Part shown: positions 50,500 through 60,684 of the stretch, one piece after another
How the letters are laid out: each line of letters opens with the position of its first letter
How positions within the stretch are numbered: position 1 is the first letter of the stretch
NCBI GenBank assembly: GCA_028695735.1
Contig: JAQVIJ010000007.1
Coordinates: forward strand, 5,155 to 69,154
Direction of reading: 5' to 3'
Source: Deltaproteobacteria bacterium
Lineage (GTDB): Bacteria > Desulfobacterota > Dissulfuribacteria > Dissulfuribacterales > DYLC01
Length of the DNA stretch: 64,000 nucleotides
Translations under genes and position numbers: made by a program
The notes under the pieces: model-generated
What the model was told of the DNA's origin: nothing
Databases searched by the model: none
Seen by the model: the letters and a program-made list of their open reading frames with translations, nothing else

Positions 50500-50777
50500 G
50501 ACTGCTTGCCAGAGTTGTCGAGGAATTGTGCCAGGTCCAGGTCCTTGAGCACAGGGCCGCCTTCAGCCGGGTCTGCCGTGAGTTCCTGAAGCCTTTGCTC
50601 TGCTGTATTCAGGGCCTGATTGCAGAAGCGGGTCAAGGCCACGCCTTCTTCAAAGACCTTGAGCGCCTGCTCCAGGGGGAGATCCTCTTCTTCCAGTTTT
50701 TTAACGCGTTTTTCCAGTTCCTTGAAGGCTGTTTCAAAATTCATGGGCCTGGTCATGGTGGATTTTCTTGAAGCCAT
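50496..50777 (-). CDS. xseB: Exodeoxyribonuclease VII small subunit
   Basis: FETAFKELE...LPLEQALKVFEEGV..C...L..AEQ; canonical xseB-ispA-dxs order. Confidence 0.93.
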   Translation of the reverse strand: MASRKSTMTRPMNFETAFKELEKRVKKLEEEDLPLEQALKVFEEGVALTRFCNQALNTAEQRLQELTADPAEGGPVLKDLDLAQFLDNSGKQS

Positions 50778-50803
50778 GGTCTGTTTATGTTACCTCGTAT
50801 GGT

Positions 50804-51505
50804 ATGAAACTCAGAAATAATTTAGCCCCTGCGGGTGCACAAGACAATAGCCAATTCAGCGAACGCCCTTATGAATTGACTTTTTCCCAGGCCATGATGT
50901 ACGGTTTATTGAAAGGCTGGTTTGCCACCCTGCGGTCAACAGTATTGAATGCGGACGATTTGCAGGCCATGTTGGGCTCTGGAAGGCGGTTTGTGTGTGC
51001 ATGCTGGCACTCGGACGTGCTGTATCTGGGCTTTCGCGTGCCGAAACCGGCTGTCTTTATAATCAGTCCTAGCAAAGACGGGGATATCATAGCCGGACTG
51101 CTGGGGCGCTGCGGTTACGAGGTGGAGCGCGGTTCCCGTCAGAAGGGCGGTCTTGCGGCCATAGAGCGCATGGCGCATCTCATGAAGACAAAGGGATTGC
51201 ATGCCGGCATAGTGGCCGATGGTTCACGGGGTCCGGCCCGCAGGGCGCAGAATGGCCCTGTTGTCCTGGCCAGAGACACAGGGGCATGGCTGCTGCCTGT
51301 GGCGATGGCCGCGAGGCCTCTGTGGCGGGCCGGAAACTGGGACAGGACAAAGGTGCCTCTACCCTTTGCTCGCGTCGTGATCGCCTATGAAGAGCCGTTT
51401 GCCGTGCCTGAATCGGCGAGGGGCGAGGGGCTTGTGTTTTGGAAGAAACGATTGGAAGATGCCCTGAACAGGGCGGAACATAGGGCGGAGGATGCCTTGA
51501 AATGA
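50804..51505 (+). CDS. DUF374 / lysophospholipid acyltransferase-like protein (start uncertain)
   Basis: CWH, SPSKDG, RGS, ADGSRGP, NWDRTKVPLPF. Confidence 0.8.
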   Translation: MKLRNNLAPAGAQDNSQFSERPYELTFSQAMMYGLLKGWFATLRSTVLNADDLQAMLGSGRRFVCACWHSDVLYLGFRVPKPAVFIISPSKDGDIIAGLLGRCGYEVERGSRQKGGLAAIERMAHLMKTKGLHAGIVADGSRGPARRAQNGPVVLARDTGAWLLPVAMAARPLWRAGNWDRTKVPLPFARVVIAYEEPFAVPESARGEGLVFWKKRLEDALNRAEHRAEDALK

Positions 51506-52092
51506 CTGAATCATTTATGCATTGGAGCTTCAACGGGCTGGATGTGCTGCTGGTGGCCATATTGTTCTGGTTTGTCCTGCGCGGTCTGATGACCGGTTTG
51601 ATTCGGGCAGTGGCCTCCATTCTCGGCATTGTGCTGGGGTTCGTGACAGCGGCCTATGGCTCTGTATTCATGGCGCCTTTTCTGGCATCCCTGGTGCAAA
51701 ACGACACCCTCGCAGTGGCCCTGGCCTTTTTTTTGATCTTTCTGACCATCTATGTGGTCATGTATCTGGTGGGCGCCACACTCAATTCCCTTTTCAAGAT
51801 GCTGAAACTCGGGTGGCTGGATATGGCCCTGGGCGGTGTGTTCGGCCTGGCCAAGGGTCTTCTGCTGGCCTGCATCCTCATATTTGTTTTGACCTTTGCA
51901 TTGCCGCCGCAGCATCCTTTTTTGAAGGATTCGAGCCTGTATCCCCTTGTCAGTCAATTGAGCAGGGAAATAGGCGCCTTTGCGCCCGAGGAGCTGCGAG
52001 GCAGGTTTATGTGGAAATGGAGGCAGAACAAACAGAACGGCAGGCCTCAGCGTATTGAAACCAGGGGAAACGGATTGAAACTGGAGATATAA
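51502..52092 (+). CDS. cvpA: CvpA (colicin V production) family membrane protein
   Basis: NGLD...RGLMTGLIR, LD..LGGVFGLAKG, four TM helices. Confidence 0.85.
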   Translation: MTESFMHWSFNGLDVLLVAILFWFVLRGLMTGLIRAVASILGIVLGFVTAAYGSVFMAPFLASLVQNDTLAVALAFFLIFLTIYVVMYLVGATLNSLFKMLKLGWLDMALGGVFGLAKGLLLACILIFVLTFALPPQHPFLKDSSLYPLVSQLSREIGAFAPEELRGRFMWKWRQNKQNGRPQRIETRGNGLKLEI

Positions 52093-52103
52093 ACTGGAAT
52101 ATA

Positions 52104-52202
52104 TAAGCAGCTCCACGAAATTAGATTTTCGTTCGGGGACAGGGCGCGAGGCAGGCGAAAAGGCAGTTATCGGGCGAAAGGGCGATTTAGTAGAGGTTCC
52201 TT
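52104..52202. repeat. Degenerate MITE-like element related to 17799-17899
   Basis: Shares AAATTAGA(A)TTTTCGT and AAGGCAGTT...GCGAAAGGGC(A/G)ATTT with the first copy. Confidence 0.55.
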
Positions 52203-52215
52203 GAGGAGGTTTGGA

Positions 52216-52662
52216 ATGGCAGACGACAATAATATATGCCAGAGGATAAGAGAACGCATAGAGCGGTATGACAGGCTCATAGGCATGTTCGGCATGGAGA
52301 TACTGAAAGTGGATTTCGGCTATGCAGAGGTGGCCATGGTGGTCAGGCCGGAGCACCTGAATGCAGCCAATTTCTGCCACGGCGGCGCCCTGTTCTCCCT
52401 GGCGGATGTAGCCTTTGCCCTGGCGGCCAATTCCCACGGCGGCCTGGCTGTCGGGCTGGAGGTCTCGGCCAATTACATGCGGCCTGTCATGCCGGGGGAG
52501 CGTATTCTGGCCGTGGCGGAGGAGCGGCATCGTGGAAGGCATACGGGAGTCTATCTGATCTCCATGCGCAATGCAGATGGCAAAGAGGTCGCCTTTGTCA
52601 AGGCTACCGCCTTTCGAGTGCAGGAGACCTACCCACCGCCGGAGACCTCTTCCTCGAGCTGA
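52216..52662 (+). CDS. PaaI-family hotdog thioesterase
   Basis: HLNAANFCHGGALFSLADVAFALAANS. Confidence 0.9.
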   Translation: MADDNNICQRIRERIERYDRLIGMFGMEILKVDFGYAEVAMVVRPEHLNAANFCHGGALFSLADVAFALAANSHGGLAVGLEVSANYMRPVMPGERILAVAEERHRGRHTGVYLISMRNADGKEVAFVKATAFRVQETYPPPETSSSS

Positions 52663-52671
52663 TTCGTTATA

Positions 52672-53592
52672 ATGCCTGAAAATCCCATACAAGGCCGTGG
52701 TGCTGCCTCACTGACTCGTTTCGCATGGCTCTCCATCGCCGTTGCGGTGCTGACCATTTTGCTCAAAACAGCGGCATGGTTTCTGACCGGCTCCGTGGGC
52801 CTGCTATCGGATGCCATGGAGTCCCTGGTAAATCTGGTGGGAGCGGTGATGGCCCTGGCCATGCTGCATGTCGCCTCCAGGCCGGAGGACTCAGACCATA
52901 CATACGGACACGGCAAGGCCGAGTATTTTGCGGCAGGGCTCGAAGGCATTTTGATCCTTGTTGCAGCCGTGCTCATAGGATGGGCTGCCGTGGAACGCCT
53001 GCTGGCACCAAGAGAACTGGAAAGGCTGGGAATGGGGCTTTCGGTCTCTGTGGCGGCCTCCCTCCTGAACCTTGGAACCGCCCTGATCCTGCTGCGGGCA
53101 GGCAGGGCCTATGACTCCATCGCCCTGCGGGCCGACGCCCAGCACCTGCTCACAGATGTGTGGACATCAGTGGGGGTGTTGGCGGGCGTTGGTCTGGTGA
53201 GAGTGACCGGCTGGCTCTGGCTCGACCCTGTGGCGGCGCTGGTGGTGGCCGCCCAGATCGTTTGGACGGGTGTGCATATCCTGCGCGAGACTGTAAACGG
53301 TCTCATGGATACCGCCTTGTCTGAAGAGGAGCTGCGAGTGCTGCATGAAATTCTCGACAGGTATGTTCAACAGGGCCTGGAGTGCCGTGAGCTGCGCACT
53401 CGTAGGGCTGGTGCAAGACGGTTCGTCTCTTTTAATCTGCTGGTGCCTGCGGATTGGACCGTGCAGAGGGGACACGACCTGATGGAACTCGTAGAGGGGG
53501 AGATTTGCAAAAAGATGTCCAATATCTCTGTGCTGATTCACCTTGAACCGTTGAACACACCCGTCACTCATTCCCCAGATAGGCGTCTATGA
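52672..53592 (+). CDS. Cation diffusion facilitator transporter
   Basis: SVGLLSDAMES, HTYGHGKAEY, ADAQHLLTD, IHLEP. Confidence 0.93.
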   Translation: MPENPIQGRGAASLTRFAWLSIAVAVLTILLKTAAWFLTGSVGLLSDAMESLVNLVGAVMALAMLHVASRPEDSDHTYGHGKAEYFAAGLEGILILVAAVLIGWAAVERLLAPRELERLGMGLSVSVAASLLNLGTALILLRAGRAYDSIALRADAQHLLTDVWTSVGVLAGVGLVRVTGWLWLDPVAALVVAAQIVWTGVHILRETVNGLMDTALSEEELRVLHEILDRYVQQGLECRELRTRRAGARRFVSFNLLVPADWTVQRGHDLMELVEGEICKKMSNISVLIHLEPLNTPVTHSPDRRL

Positions 53593-54316
53593 CCGCCTTG
53601 TTGCGCTGAATCTCGAAGGGAATGCCTTCCGCCAACTTTTGACCGTAGTTTAAGACCAGAATGCGGTCCGAAACGTCCATGATGAGCCCCATGTTGTGCT
53701 CAACCAGAAGGACAGTGATGCCGGTTGCCTGAATGGACCGAATAAGGCCCACCATCTCCCGTGTCTCCGTGTCGTTGAGTCCTGCCGCCGGTTCATCCAT
53801 GAGCAGCAGTCGGGGCTGAGTGGCCAGGGCCCTTGCGATCTCCAGTTTTTTCAAAAGGCCGTAGGGCAGGGCAGAGACAGGCCTTTCGGCTATATTGGAC
53901 AGTCCGCAGAATTCCAGGGCCCTTCTGGCCAGTTCCTCTATGTATTTAGCCTCCTTTTGCAGGGACGGAAGCCCGAGACAGGAGGCCAGCAACCCGCATC
54001 TGCCATGGCCGTGGCAGCCCACCATCACATTTTCCAGGGCGGTCATGCCGGCAAAGATCTGAAGGTTTTGAAAGGTACGGCTGACTCCCTTGAGTGCTAT
54101 CTGCAGGGGTGACAGACCTGCCAGTTCCTGTCCCATGAGCTGAATGGAGCCGCTGGTGGGCCGATATACCCCTGTGAGCAGATTGAAGAGGGTGGTTTTG
54201 CCCGCACCGTTTGGGCCTATGATGGAATATATCGTGTTTTCAGATACTTGAAAATCAAGCTCTGCTATGGCCGTAAGCCCTCCGAATGTGCGGGTGAGCC
54301 CTGTGACCTTCAGCAT
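53564..54316 (-). CDS. livG: Branched-chain amino acid-type ABC transporter ATPase (LivG-like)
   Basis: GPNGAGKTT, RTFQN, LPYG, DEPAAG, VEHNM, AYLG. Confidence 0.88.
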   Translation of the reverse strand: MLKVTGLTRTFGGLTAIAELDFQVSENTIYSIIGPNGAGKTTLFNLLTGVYRPTSGSIQLMGQELAGLSPLQIALKGVSRTFQNLQIFAGMTALENVMVGCHGHGRCGLLASCLGLPSLQKEAKYIEELARRALEFCGLSNIAERPVSALPYGLLKKLEIARALATQPRLLLMDEPAAGLNDTETREMVGLIRSIQATGITVLLVEHNMGLIMDVSDRILVLNYGQKLAEGIPFEIQRNKAVIDAYLGNE

Positions 54317-55293
54317 TTCGGCCCCCTTTTCCCTGGGCCCCAGGCATTTAAGGCCCTTTTGATGCCCATTTGACGCTGAATGAGCTCCAAAAGGGTGACA
54401 TACAGCCCCTTTGGGAAAAACATCATGGTGGCCATGAGGATCAGGCCGAAGATCATCACCTCATAGTTTTCGATAAAGGATAAAAGTTCGGGCAGCAGGG
54501 TGATGAAGGCGGCTCCGAACAGGGCGCCGTAGGTGGAGCCCAGGCCGCCCAGGACCACCATGGTCACCAGCTCGATGGAAAAGAAGAAGCTAAAGGAATC
54601 CGGGCTTACAAAGGCCTTCTGGTGGGCAAACAGGCTGCCTGTGAGGGATGCGATGAGGGCCGAGAGCACAAAGACCTGTGTCTTGGCGGAGGTGGTGTCA
54701 ATGCGCATCATCTGGGCCGCCACCTCGCTGGTGTGCAGGGCCCGAAATGCCCGGCCCATACGGGAGCCGGCAAGATTTAGGGACATCTTGAGCACAAAGA
54801 GCATCCAGAGGGCCGCTGCCACGTACCATCGTTGGTCTGTATTCAGGCTCCACCCAAAGACGGACAGGTTGGGAATGTTGGAGATACCGTCCGGGCCGCC
54901 CGTGAGCCTGCCTGTCTGTACCAGAAAGATGTGGACGATGATGCCCATGCCCAAAGTGGCCATGGCCAGGTAGTGGCCTTTGAGCTTCAAAAGCGGCCTG
55001 GCAAGCCCATATGCGATGCAGAAATTCAAAAGGAGCCCTGCCGCCATGGCCAGGTAGGGTGAAAGACCGTAGCGTGTGGTGAGAATGGCCGTAGCATATG
55101 CACCTATGCCGAAGAATGCCGCATGCCCCAGGGAGATCTGGCCTGCATAGCCCATGAGGAGGTTTAATCCCATGGCCAGTGCGGCGTTGAAGAGAATGGC
55201 GGTGCCGTTTACCTCCACGAAATAGCTCCTGGGAAAGAGAATGGGCAGGCCCAGCACAATGAGGGCTATGACATAAAATCCCCTGTGTCTCAT
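54310..55293 (-). CDS. livM: Liv-type ABC transporter permease (LivM-like)
   Basis: GYAGQISLGHAAF, GHYLAMATL, MVVLGGLGS. Confidence 0.88.
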   Translation of the reverse strand: MRHRGFYVIALIVLGLPILFPRSYFVEVNGTAILFNAALAMGLNLLMGYAGQISLGHAAFFGIGAYATAILTTRYGLSPYLAMAAGLLLNFCIAYGLARPLLKLKGHYLAMATLGMGIIVHIFLVQTGRLTGGPDGISNIPNLSVFGWSLNTDQRWYVAAALWMLFVLKMSLNLAGSRMGRAFRALHTSEVAAQMMRIDTTSAKTQVFVLSALIASLTGSLFAHQKAFVSPDSFSFFFSIELVTMVVLGGLGSTYGALFGAAFITLLPELLSFIENYEVMIFGLILMATMMFFPKGLYVTLLELIQRQMGIKRALNAWGPGKRGPKC

Positions 55294-56168
55294 ACCCGCT
55301 CCGCCTCTTTTTTACCCAGGATTCCACTGGGTTTGAAAAACAGAACCAACAGAATCACGATGAATGTCACCGCATCCTTGTAGCTGGAGGAGATGATACC
55401 TGCTGAAAAGGCCTCCAAAAGCCCTAAACACAGGCCTCCCACGATGGCGCCTGAGGCGCTGCCCATGCCTCCCAGGATTGCGGCTGCAAAGCCCTTTAAT
55501 CCCAGCATGGTGCCTGCATCGTAGGTCATGTAGGAGATAGGGGCTATCAGCACTCCACTTATGGCCCCCAGGGCGGCTGAGATGGCATAGGCCGAGGCCA
55601 GCACGGTCTTTACTCGAATGCCCACCAGGCTTGCGGCTGTCTTGTTGTAGGAGCAGGCGCGCATGGCCTTGCCGAACAGGGTGTGATTGAAGAAGTACCA
55701 GAAAAATGCCATGAGAGAGACGGCCCCTGCCATGACCCACAGGTGTTGAGGTAGTAAAGTGGCCCCAAAGAGTCTCAGAGGGGTCTCGCCTGAGAAGTGA
55801 GGCATCTGATAGATCTCCTTGCCCCAGATCACCATGGCCAGCCCTCGAAAGAAGATGGATGCGCCGATGGTGATGATGGCCGTGGTGATGACAGAGGAAC
55901 CCCGCGCCCGTTCCACCGCCAGTTTCTCCAATGCAATGCCCAGAAGGGCTGTGCCAGCCACACCGCCCAGCATGGCGATGGGCAGGGGCAGGCCCCTGGA
56001 GTGCAGGCTGATGGTGGACAATGCCCCTATCATCACAAACTCGCCCTGGGCGAAATTCACCACATCCGAGGCGTTGTAGATGATGGAAAAGCCTATGGCG
56101 ATGAGGGCATAGGTAAAGCCCACCGTGATGCCGGTTATGAGGAATTGCAAGAGTTCTGCTGAAGACAT
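55290..56168 (-). CDS. livH: Liv-type ABC transporter permease (LivH-like)
   Basis: YALIAIG, VNFAQGEF, GKAMRA, AAILGGMGS. Confidence 0.88.
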   Translation of the reverse strand: MSSAELLQFLITGITVGFTYALIAIGFSIIYNASDVVNFAQGEFVMIGALSTISLHSRGLPLPIAMLGGVAGTALLGIALEKLAVERARGSSVITTAIITIGASIFFRGLAMVIWGKEIYQMPHFSGETPLRLFGATLLPQHLWVMAGAVSLMAFFWYFFNHTLFGKAMRACSYNKTAASLVGIRVKTVLASAYAISAALGAISGVLIAPISYMTYDAGTMLGLKGFAAAILGGMGSASGAIVGGLCLGLLEAFSAGIISSSYKDAVTFIVILLVLFFKPSGILGKKEAERV

Positions 56169-56189
56169 GTGGTTAACGAGGCAAACTAA

Positions 56190-56214
56190 AACACCCCCTT
56201 GTGCAGGGGGTGTC
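56190..56214 (-). terminator. Stem-loop after the substrate-binding protein gene
   Basis: ACACCCCCT-tgtgc-AGGGGGTGT followed by a T run on the minus strand. Confidence 0.65.
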
Positions 56215-56231
56215 TGTCGGTTTGAAATGCC

Positions 56232-57380
56232 TTAATTTACGATCTCCCAGTTGCCGTTTTTGACCTCCAGCATCTTAAAGGCAGAGAGGTCCAGGCCCAT
56301 GTGGTCCGTGGGAGACATGTTGAACACACCGGCTGTCCCGATGAAGCCCTTGGTCTTTTCGATCTCGTCCCTGACCTTGGCCTTGTCCGTGCCTTTTGCG
56401 CGTTTCATGGCCTCCACTGCGATGAACAGACCGTCATAGGCATGGCCTCCAAAGGTGGAGACAGGCCCGTATTTGGCCTCGTATTTGGCCTTGTATGCGG
56501 TTACGACCTTTTTCTGCGGGTCTGAATCAGGCAGTTTTTCCGCTACCAGCAGGGCTGCTGCAGGCAGGCGTATGCCCTCGGCTGCATCGCCGGCCAGGTT
56601 CAAAAACTCCTTGGTGGCCACTCCGTGGGATTCGTAGAGGGGCAGTTTGATGCCCAGTTGTTTGATGTTTTTGGCCACAATCGCAGGGGCCTTGCCAAGC
56701 CCGAAGTTGATGATGGCCTGGGCGTCTGTCCCGCGTATCTTGGTGAGCTGTGTGGTCATGTCCGTGTCGTTGTTGTCATAGGTCTCGTCCGCCACGATGG
56801 TGATGCCGTATTGGGGTGCCAGGGCATGAAGCTGCTTGAGCCCTGACTTGTCAAAACCGCTGTTGCCTGTGATCAGAGCCACCTTGCTGATGCCGCGTTT
56901 TTTCATGTCTTCATATATCTTGGCCACGGCCATTTTGTCGCTGTGAGGGGTCTTGAAGACCCATTTTTTTACAGGCTCCACGATCTCGATGGCGCCGGCA
57001 AAGGAGATGAAGGGGATCTGTTCCTGCTCCACCACATCTATGACAGCCAGTGTCTCCCCTGAGGTGGTGCCGCCCAGAATGATGTCCACATTGTCTTTTT
57101 TGATGAGCTTTTTGACGAAGTCATTGGCCTCTTTGGTCTTGCCGGCCGAGTCATAGTGAATGAGCTCCAGCTTCTTGCCGTTTACTCCGCCTGCTGCATT
57201 GATCTCCTCTATATACATCTGCAGGGTCTTGAGCTCTGGATCGCCCAGAATGGAGGCATTGCCGGAGACAGCCAGAAACGAGCCGATTTTGATGGTGTCA
57301 GCCGCATGGGCCGAGACAGTGAGAAACCATGCAAAACATGCAAACAGGGCCGAAAGCACTACAACACGCCGAAACATCAT
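56232..57380 (-). CDS. Liv-type ABC transporter substrate-binding protein
   Basis: Signal peptide, IKIG, INAAGGVNG, periplasmic binding protein type 1 pattern. Confidence 0.9.
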   Translation of the reverse strand: MMFRRVVVLSALFACFAWFLTVSAHAADTIKIGSFLAVSGNASILGDPELKTLQMYIEEINAAGGVNGKKLELIHYDSAGKTKEANDFVKKLIKKDNVDIILGGTTSGETLAVIDVVEQEQIPFISFAGAIEIVEPVKKWVFKTPHSDKMAVAKIYEDMKKRGISKVALITGNSGFDKSGLKQLHALAPQYGITIVADETYDNNDTDMTTQLTKIRGTDAQAIINFGLGKAPAIVAKNIKQLGIKLPLYESHGVATKEFLNLAGDAAEGIRLPAAALLVAEKLPDSDPQKKVVTAYKAKYEAKYGPVSTFGGHAYDGLFIAVEAMKRAKGTDKAKVRDEIEKTKGFIGTAGVFNMSPTDHMGLDLSAFKMLEVKNGNWEIVN

Positions 57381-57411
57381 TCATTCCCTCCTGAAAGAAT
57401 TTATTTTGCCT

Positions 57412-57486
57412 ATCGTAGGCAGAATTGATGGGAATGTCAAGGATTTTAAAAGATTGATTGACTTTGCAGGGTGTGATAATTATGGT
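57412..57486. promoter_or_regulatory. Back-to-back sigma-70 promoters
   Basis: Minus strand: TTGACA(57440-57435)-N17-TACGAT. Plus strand: TTGACT(57458)-N17-TATGGT. Confidence 0.65.
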
Positions 57487-57558
57487 GTTGCCAACCTGTA
57501 ATCCCTCTATATTTTATAAGGGATTAGGGCTCAAAAGGGATAAAAAGGGATAAAAATT

Positions 57559-59328
57559 ATGGCGGGTTTCCATCTGGATCAGCGCTTATTGCGCAAATTC
57601 TTTAAGAAGGATGCAAGTGAACTGAAATCAGTCTTACTTGCCTGCAAGGGTTCTTTTTTTTCTGCATGGTTCTTTAGCCTCTTTATAAATATCCTGATGC
57701 TAACTCCAACCATCTATATGCTTCAGATATATGACAGGGTCCTGCAGTCTCGAAGTGTGGAAACCCTTGTAATGATTACTATAATAACTGTAGCCATGTT
57801 TTTTGTGATGGGTGGGCTTCAATTTGTGCAGTCTATGGTCTTCATCAGGGTAGGCTCCAGGCTGGACAACATGTTAAACCGCCGCATCTTTCATGCCGTT
57901 TTTAAGCGCAGCCTTGTTCAGCCCGGTTTTGAGGCAGGTCAGCCCATCTCCGACCTCACGGCCCTTCGGCAATTTCTGACGGGAAGCGGGCTCATCGCCT
58001 TTTTTGATATTCCGTGGGTCCCCATCTATCTCATTGTCCTCTTCTGGATGCACCCTGTCTTGGGCATCTTTGCGGTGGTAACCGCCATAGTCCTCTTTGC
58101 CCTTGCCTTTGCCAATGAGTATTTCACAAAAAAACCCTTGGCTGAGGCCAATAAACAGGCCATCATCTCCAGAAATTATGCAGATAAAAACCTGCGAAAC
58201 GCCGATGTGATTCATGCCATGGGCATGGAGGAGTCCCTTTTGGCCCGCTGGCTCAAACAGCACCTGTTGTTTCTTTCATTGCAATCCACTGCCAGTGAAA
58301 GGGCTGCGGTGCTGCACAACCTCAGCCGTGTGATGCGTATAATGAGCCAGTCCCTGATTCTGGGATTGGGTTGTTATTTGGCGGTCAAGTTGGAGGTCTC
58401 GCCTGGCATGATGATTGCCGGTTCCATTATCATGGGCCGTGCCCTGGCCCCTGTGGACCAGCTCATAGCCTCCTGGAAGGGTTTTGCCGCAGCCCGTTCC
58501 GCCTATGAAAGGCTCAGCGAGCTTCTGGATGCCGTGCCAGCCACCGAACAGTTTATGTCACTTCCTGCACCCAAGGGGCATGTGAGCGTGGAGGGTGTAA
58601 TGTCCGGGCCTCCAGGCACACAAACAGCTGTGTTGCGTGGCATCACCTTTCAGGTAGAGCCTGGAGAGGTGGTGGCCGTCATCGGCCCCAGCGCTGCCGG
58701 CAAGTCCACTTTGGCCAAGGTCTTGTTGGGCATCTGGCCCTGTATGGCTGGCACCGTGCGTTTGGATGGTGCCAATATAGCCCAGCTCAACAGGGATGAA
58801 ATTGGTAGTTATATCGGATATTTACCGCAGGATATAGAGCTTTTTGACGGCACTGTGGCTGAAAACGTAGCCCGCTTTGGCCCTGTGGTGCCTGAAAAGG
58901 TGGTGGAGGCGGCCAAGCGTGCGGGTATTCACGAGATGGTCCTGCGGCTGCCCAAGGGTTATGATACGCCCATAGGGCCTGGTGGCAGTGTGCTCTCTGC
59001 CGGGCAGCGTCAGCGTGTGGCCCTGGCCAGGGCCTTTTATGGCGATCCGGTCCTGATCGTCCTGGACGAACCCAATTCCAACCTGGATGACCAGGGTGAG
59101 TTGGCCCTGGCCATGGGCGTCAGGACCATGAAGGACTTGGGTATCACCATGTTTCTCATAACCCATCGCCCTGGCATTCTGGCCCAGGTGGACAAGATAC
59201 TTCTGATGCGGGACGGCCAGGTGCTTTTATACGGGCCGAGGGATGCGGTGTTGGCCAAATTGGCAGGTCAGCCTGCCCAACAGCCTGCCCAGGCAGCACA
59301 GGCCCCTGCGGCGCCAGTCAAACATTGA
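57559..59328 (+). CDS. Type I secretion ABC transporter (PrtD/AprD/RsaD family)
   Basis: YMLQIYDRVL, GPSAAGKST, LSAGQRQR, LDEPNSNLD; no C39 domain. Confidence 0.95.
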   Translation: MAGFHLDQRLLRKFFKKDASELKSVLLACKGSFFSAWFFSLFINILMLTPTIYMLQIYDRVLQSRSVETLVMITIITVAMFFVMGGLQFVQSMVFIRVGSRLDNMLNRRIFHAVFKRSLVQPGFEAGQPISDLTALRQFLTGSGLIAFFDIPWVPIYLIVLFWMHPVLGIFAVVTAIVLFALAFANEYFTKKPLAEANKQAIISRNYADKNLRNADVIHAMGMEESLLARWLKQHLLFLSLQSTASERAAVLHNLSRVMRIMSQSLILGLGCYLAVKLEVSPGMMIAGSIIMGRALAPVDQLIASWKGFAAARSAYERLSELLDAVPATEQFMSLPAPKGHVSVEGVMSGPPGTQTAVLRGITFQVEPGEVVAVIGPSAAGKSTLAKVLLGIWPCMAGTVRLDGANIAQLNRDEIGSYIGYLPQDIELFDGTVAENVARFGPVVPEKVVEAAKRAGIHEMVLRLPKGYDTPIGPGGSVLSAGQRQRVALARAFYGDPVLIVLDEPNSNLDDQGELALAMGVRTMKDLGITMFLITHRPGILAQVDKILLMRDGQVLLYGPRDAVLAKLAGQPAQQPAQAAQAPAAPVKH

Positions 59329-59341
59329 GAGGATATCGACC

Positions 59342-60682
59342 ATGGCATCGTCTGTAATCGACGTAACCCCCATAGAAAATCAACCCCGTTTGGCCACCGA
59401 TGACCTTCCGTTTCGTGTGGCTGGTTATTCCATTCTATTCCTTGCTGTGTTTGTCTTTGGGCTCTGGGCCGTGTTTGCGCCACTGGAAGGCGCCGTGGTT
59501 GCCTCAGGCAAGGTGGCAGTGGAGTCCTTTAGTAAATTGGTGCAACATCTGGAGGGCGGCATAGTCAAGGAGATTCTGGTCAAGGACGGAGATAGGGTGG
59601 AGGCAGGCACCCCCCTCATCATACTGGATGACACTCAGAGCAGGGCGGAGTTGGAGATCGTGCGCAGTCGGCTCTTTTTGGCCCTGGCCCAGCGGGCACG
59701 GCTCATGGCAGAGCAGGCAGGTGCATCCCATGTGACCTATCCCCAGGAACTGCTGCAACAGGCCTCCAACCCTGCCATAAAAGAGGCGATGGATGCCCAG
59801 ACCCATCAATTTCTGGCCCGCAAGGCCTCATTGGAGAGCCAGATCAGCGTGTTGGAGCAGCGCATAGCCCAGCTCAAGGAGCAGATTCAGGGCATAGAAT
59901 CCATGGTGGTGACACACCGCAGCCTCATTGCCTCCTATACTCAAGAGGTGGAGGAATGGGAGAGGCTTTTGCAAAAGCAGATGGTGGACAAGCTCAGGCT
60001 TCGAGACGCCCAGCGCAGGCTGGATGAACTCAAGGGCCAGTTGGCTGGCAATCTCTCTGACATGGCCCGGCTGAAGGTGCAGATTACCGAGACTCAGGAA
60101 CAGATCATTTTGCAGCGTCAGAAGTTCCTGGAGGATGTGTTGTCTCAGATGCGTGAGCAGGATGCCATCATATTGGATGCCCGTTCCCGCATCAACTCCC
60201 TGGAGGACAGGTTGAAACGGACGGTCATTCTCTCGCCAGTGGCGGGCGTGGTGACAGGCCTTAAAATATATACAGTGGGCGCCGTCATAAGGCCAGGGGA
60301 TGTCTTGATGGAGATAGTGCCAGCCAGCCAGAGTTTCATCATCGAAAGTTACATACAGCCCACAGACATCAACCATGTCCACGAGGGCCTTCTGGCGGAC
60401 ATTCGCTTCTCTGCCTTTAGTTCCCGTACCACCCATGTGGTGGAGGGTAAGGTGATTCATGTGTCAGCGGATGTCACCACCGACCCTCAGACTCATCACT
60501 CTTTTTATGTGGTGCGCATACAGCTCACTCCAAATGGTGTGGAGATGATGCGAAAGGACGGTATGTATATGTTGCAGGGTATGCCTGCCGAGGTCTTCAT
60601 CAAGACAGAGAAGCGCACCTTCTGGTCATATATCTCTCGTCCGTTGACTGACCGCATGCAGCGTGCACTGAGAGAGCACTGA
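59342..60682 (+). CDS. Type I secretion membrane fusion protein (PrtE/HlyD)
   Basis: VQHLEGGIVKEILVKDGD, SPVAG, GMPAEVFI. Confidence 0.93.
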   Translation: MASSVIDVTPIENQPRLATDDLPFRVAGYSILFLAVFVFGLWAVFAPLEGAVVASGKVAVESFSKLVQHLEGGIVKEILVKDGDRVEAGTPLIILDDTQSRAELEIVRSRLFLALAQRARLMAEQAGASHVTYPQELLQQASNPAIKEAMDAQTHQFLARKASLESQISVLEQRIAQLKEQIQGIESMVVTHRSLIASYTQEVEEWERLLQKQMVDKLRLRDAQRRLDELKGQLAGNLSDMARLKVQITETQEQIILQRQKFLEDVLSQMREQDAIILDARSRINSLEDRLKRTVILSPVAGVVTGLKIYTVGAVIRPGDVLMEIVPASQSFIIESYIQPTDINHVHEGLLADIRFSAFSSRTTHVVEGKVIHVSADVTTDPQTHHSFYVVRIQLTPNGVEMMRKDGMYMLQGMPAEVFIKTEKRTFWSYISRPLTDRMQRALREH

Positions 60683-60684
60683 TT

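Noticed and set aside
51511-52692. 393-aa minus-strand ORF
   Set aside because: Antisense to cvpA and the PaaI gene, with no motifs.
57424-57433. Single CCCATCAATT match to the hsdR-upstream repeat unit
   Set aside because: One 10-bp match inside a promoter spacer is compatible with chance.
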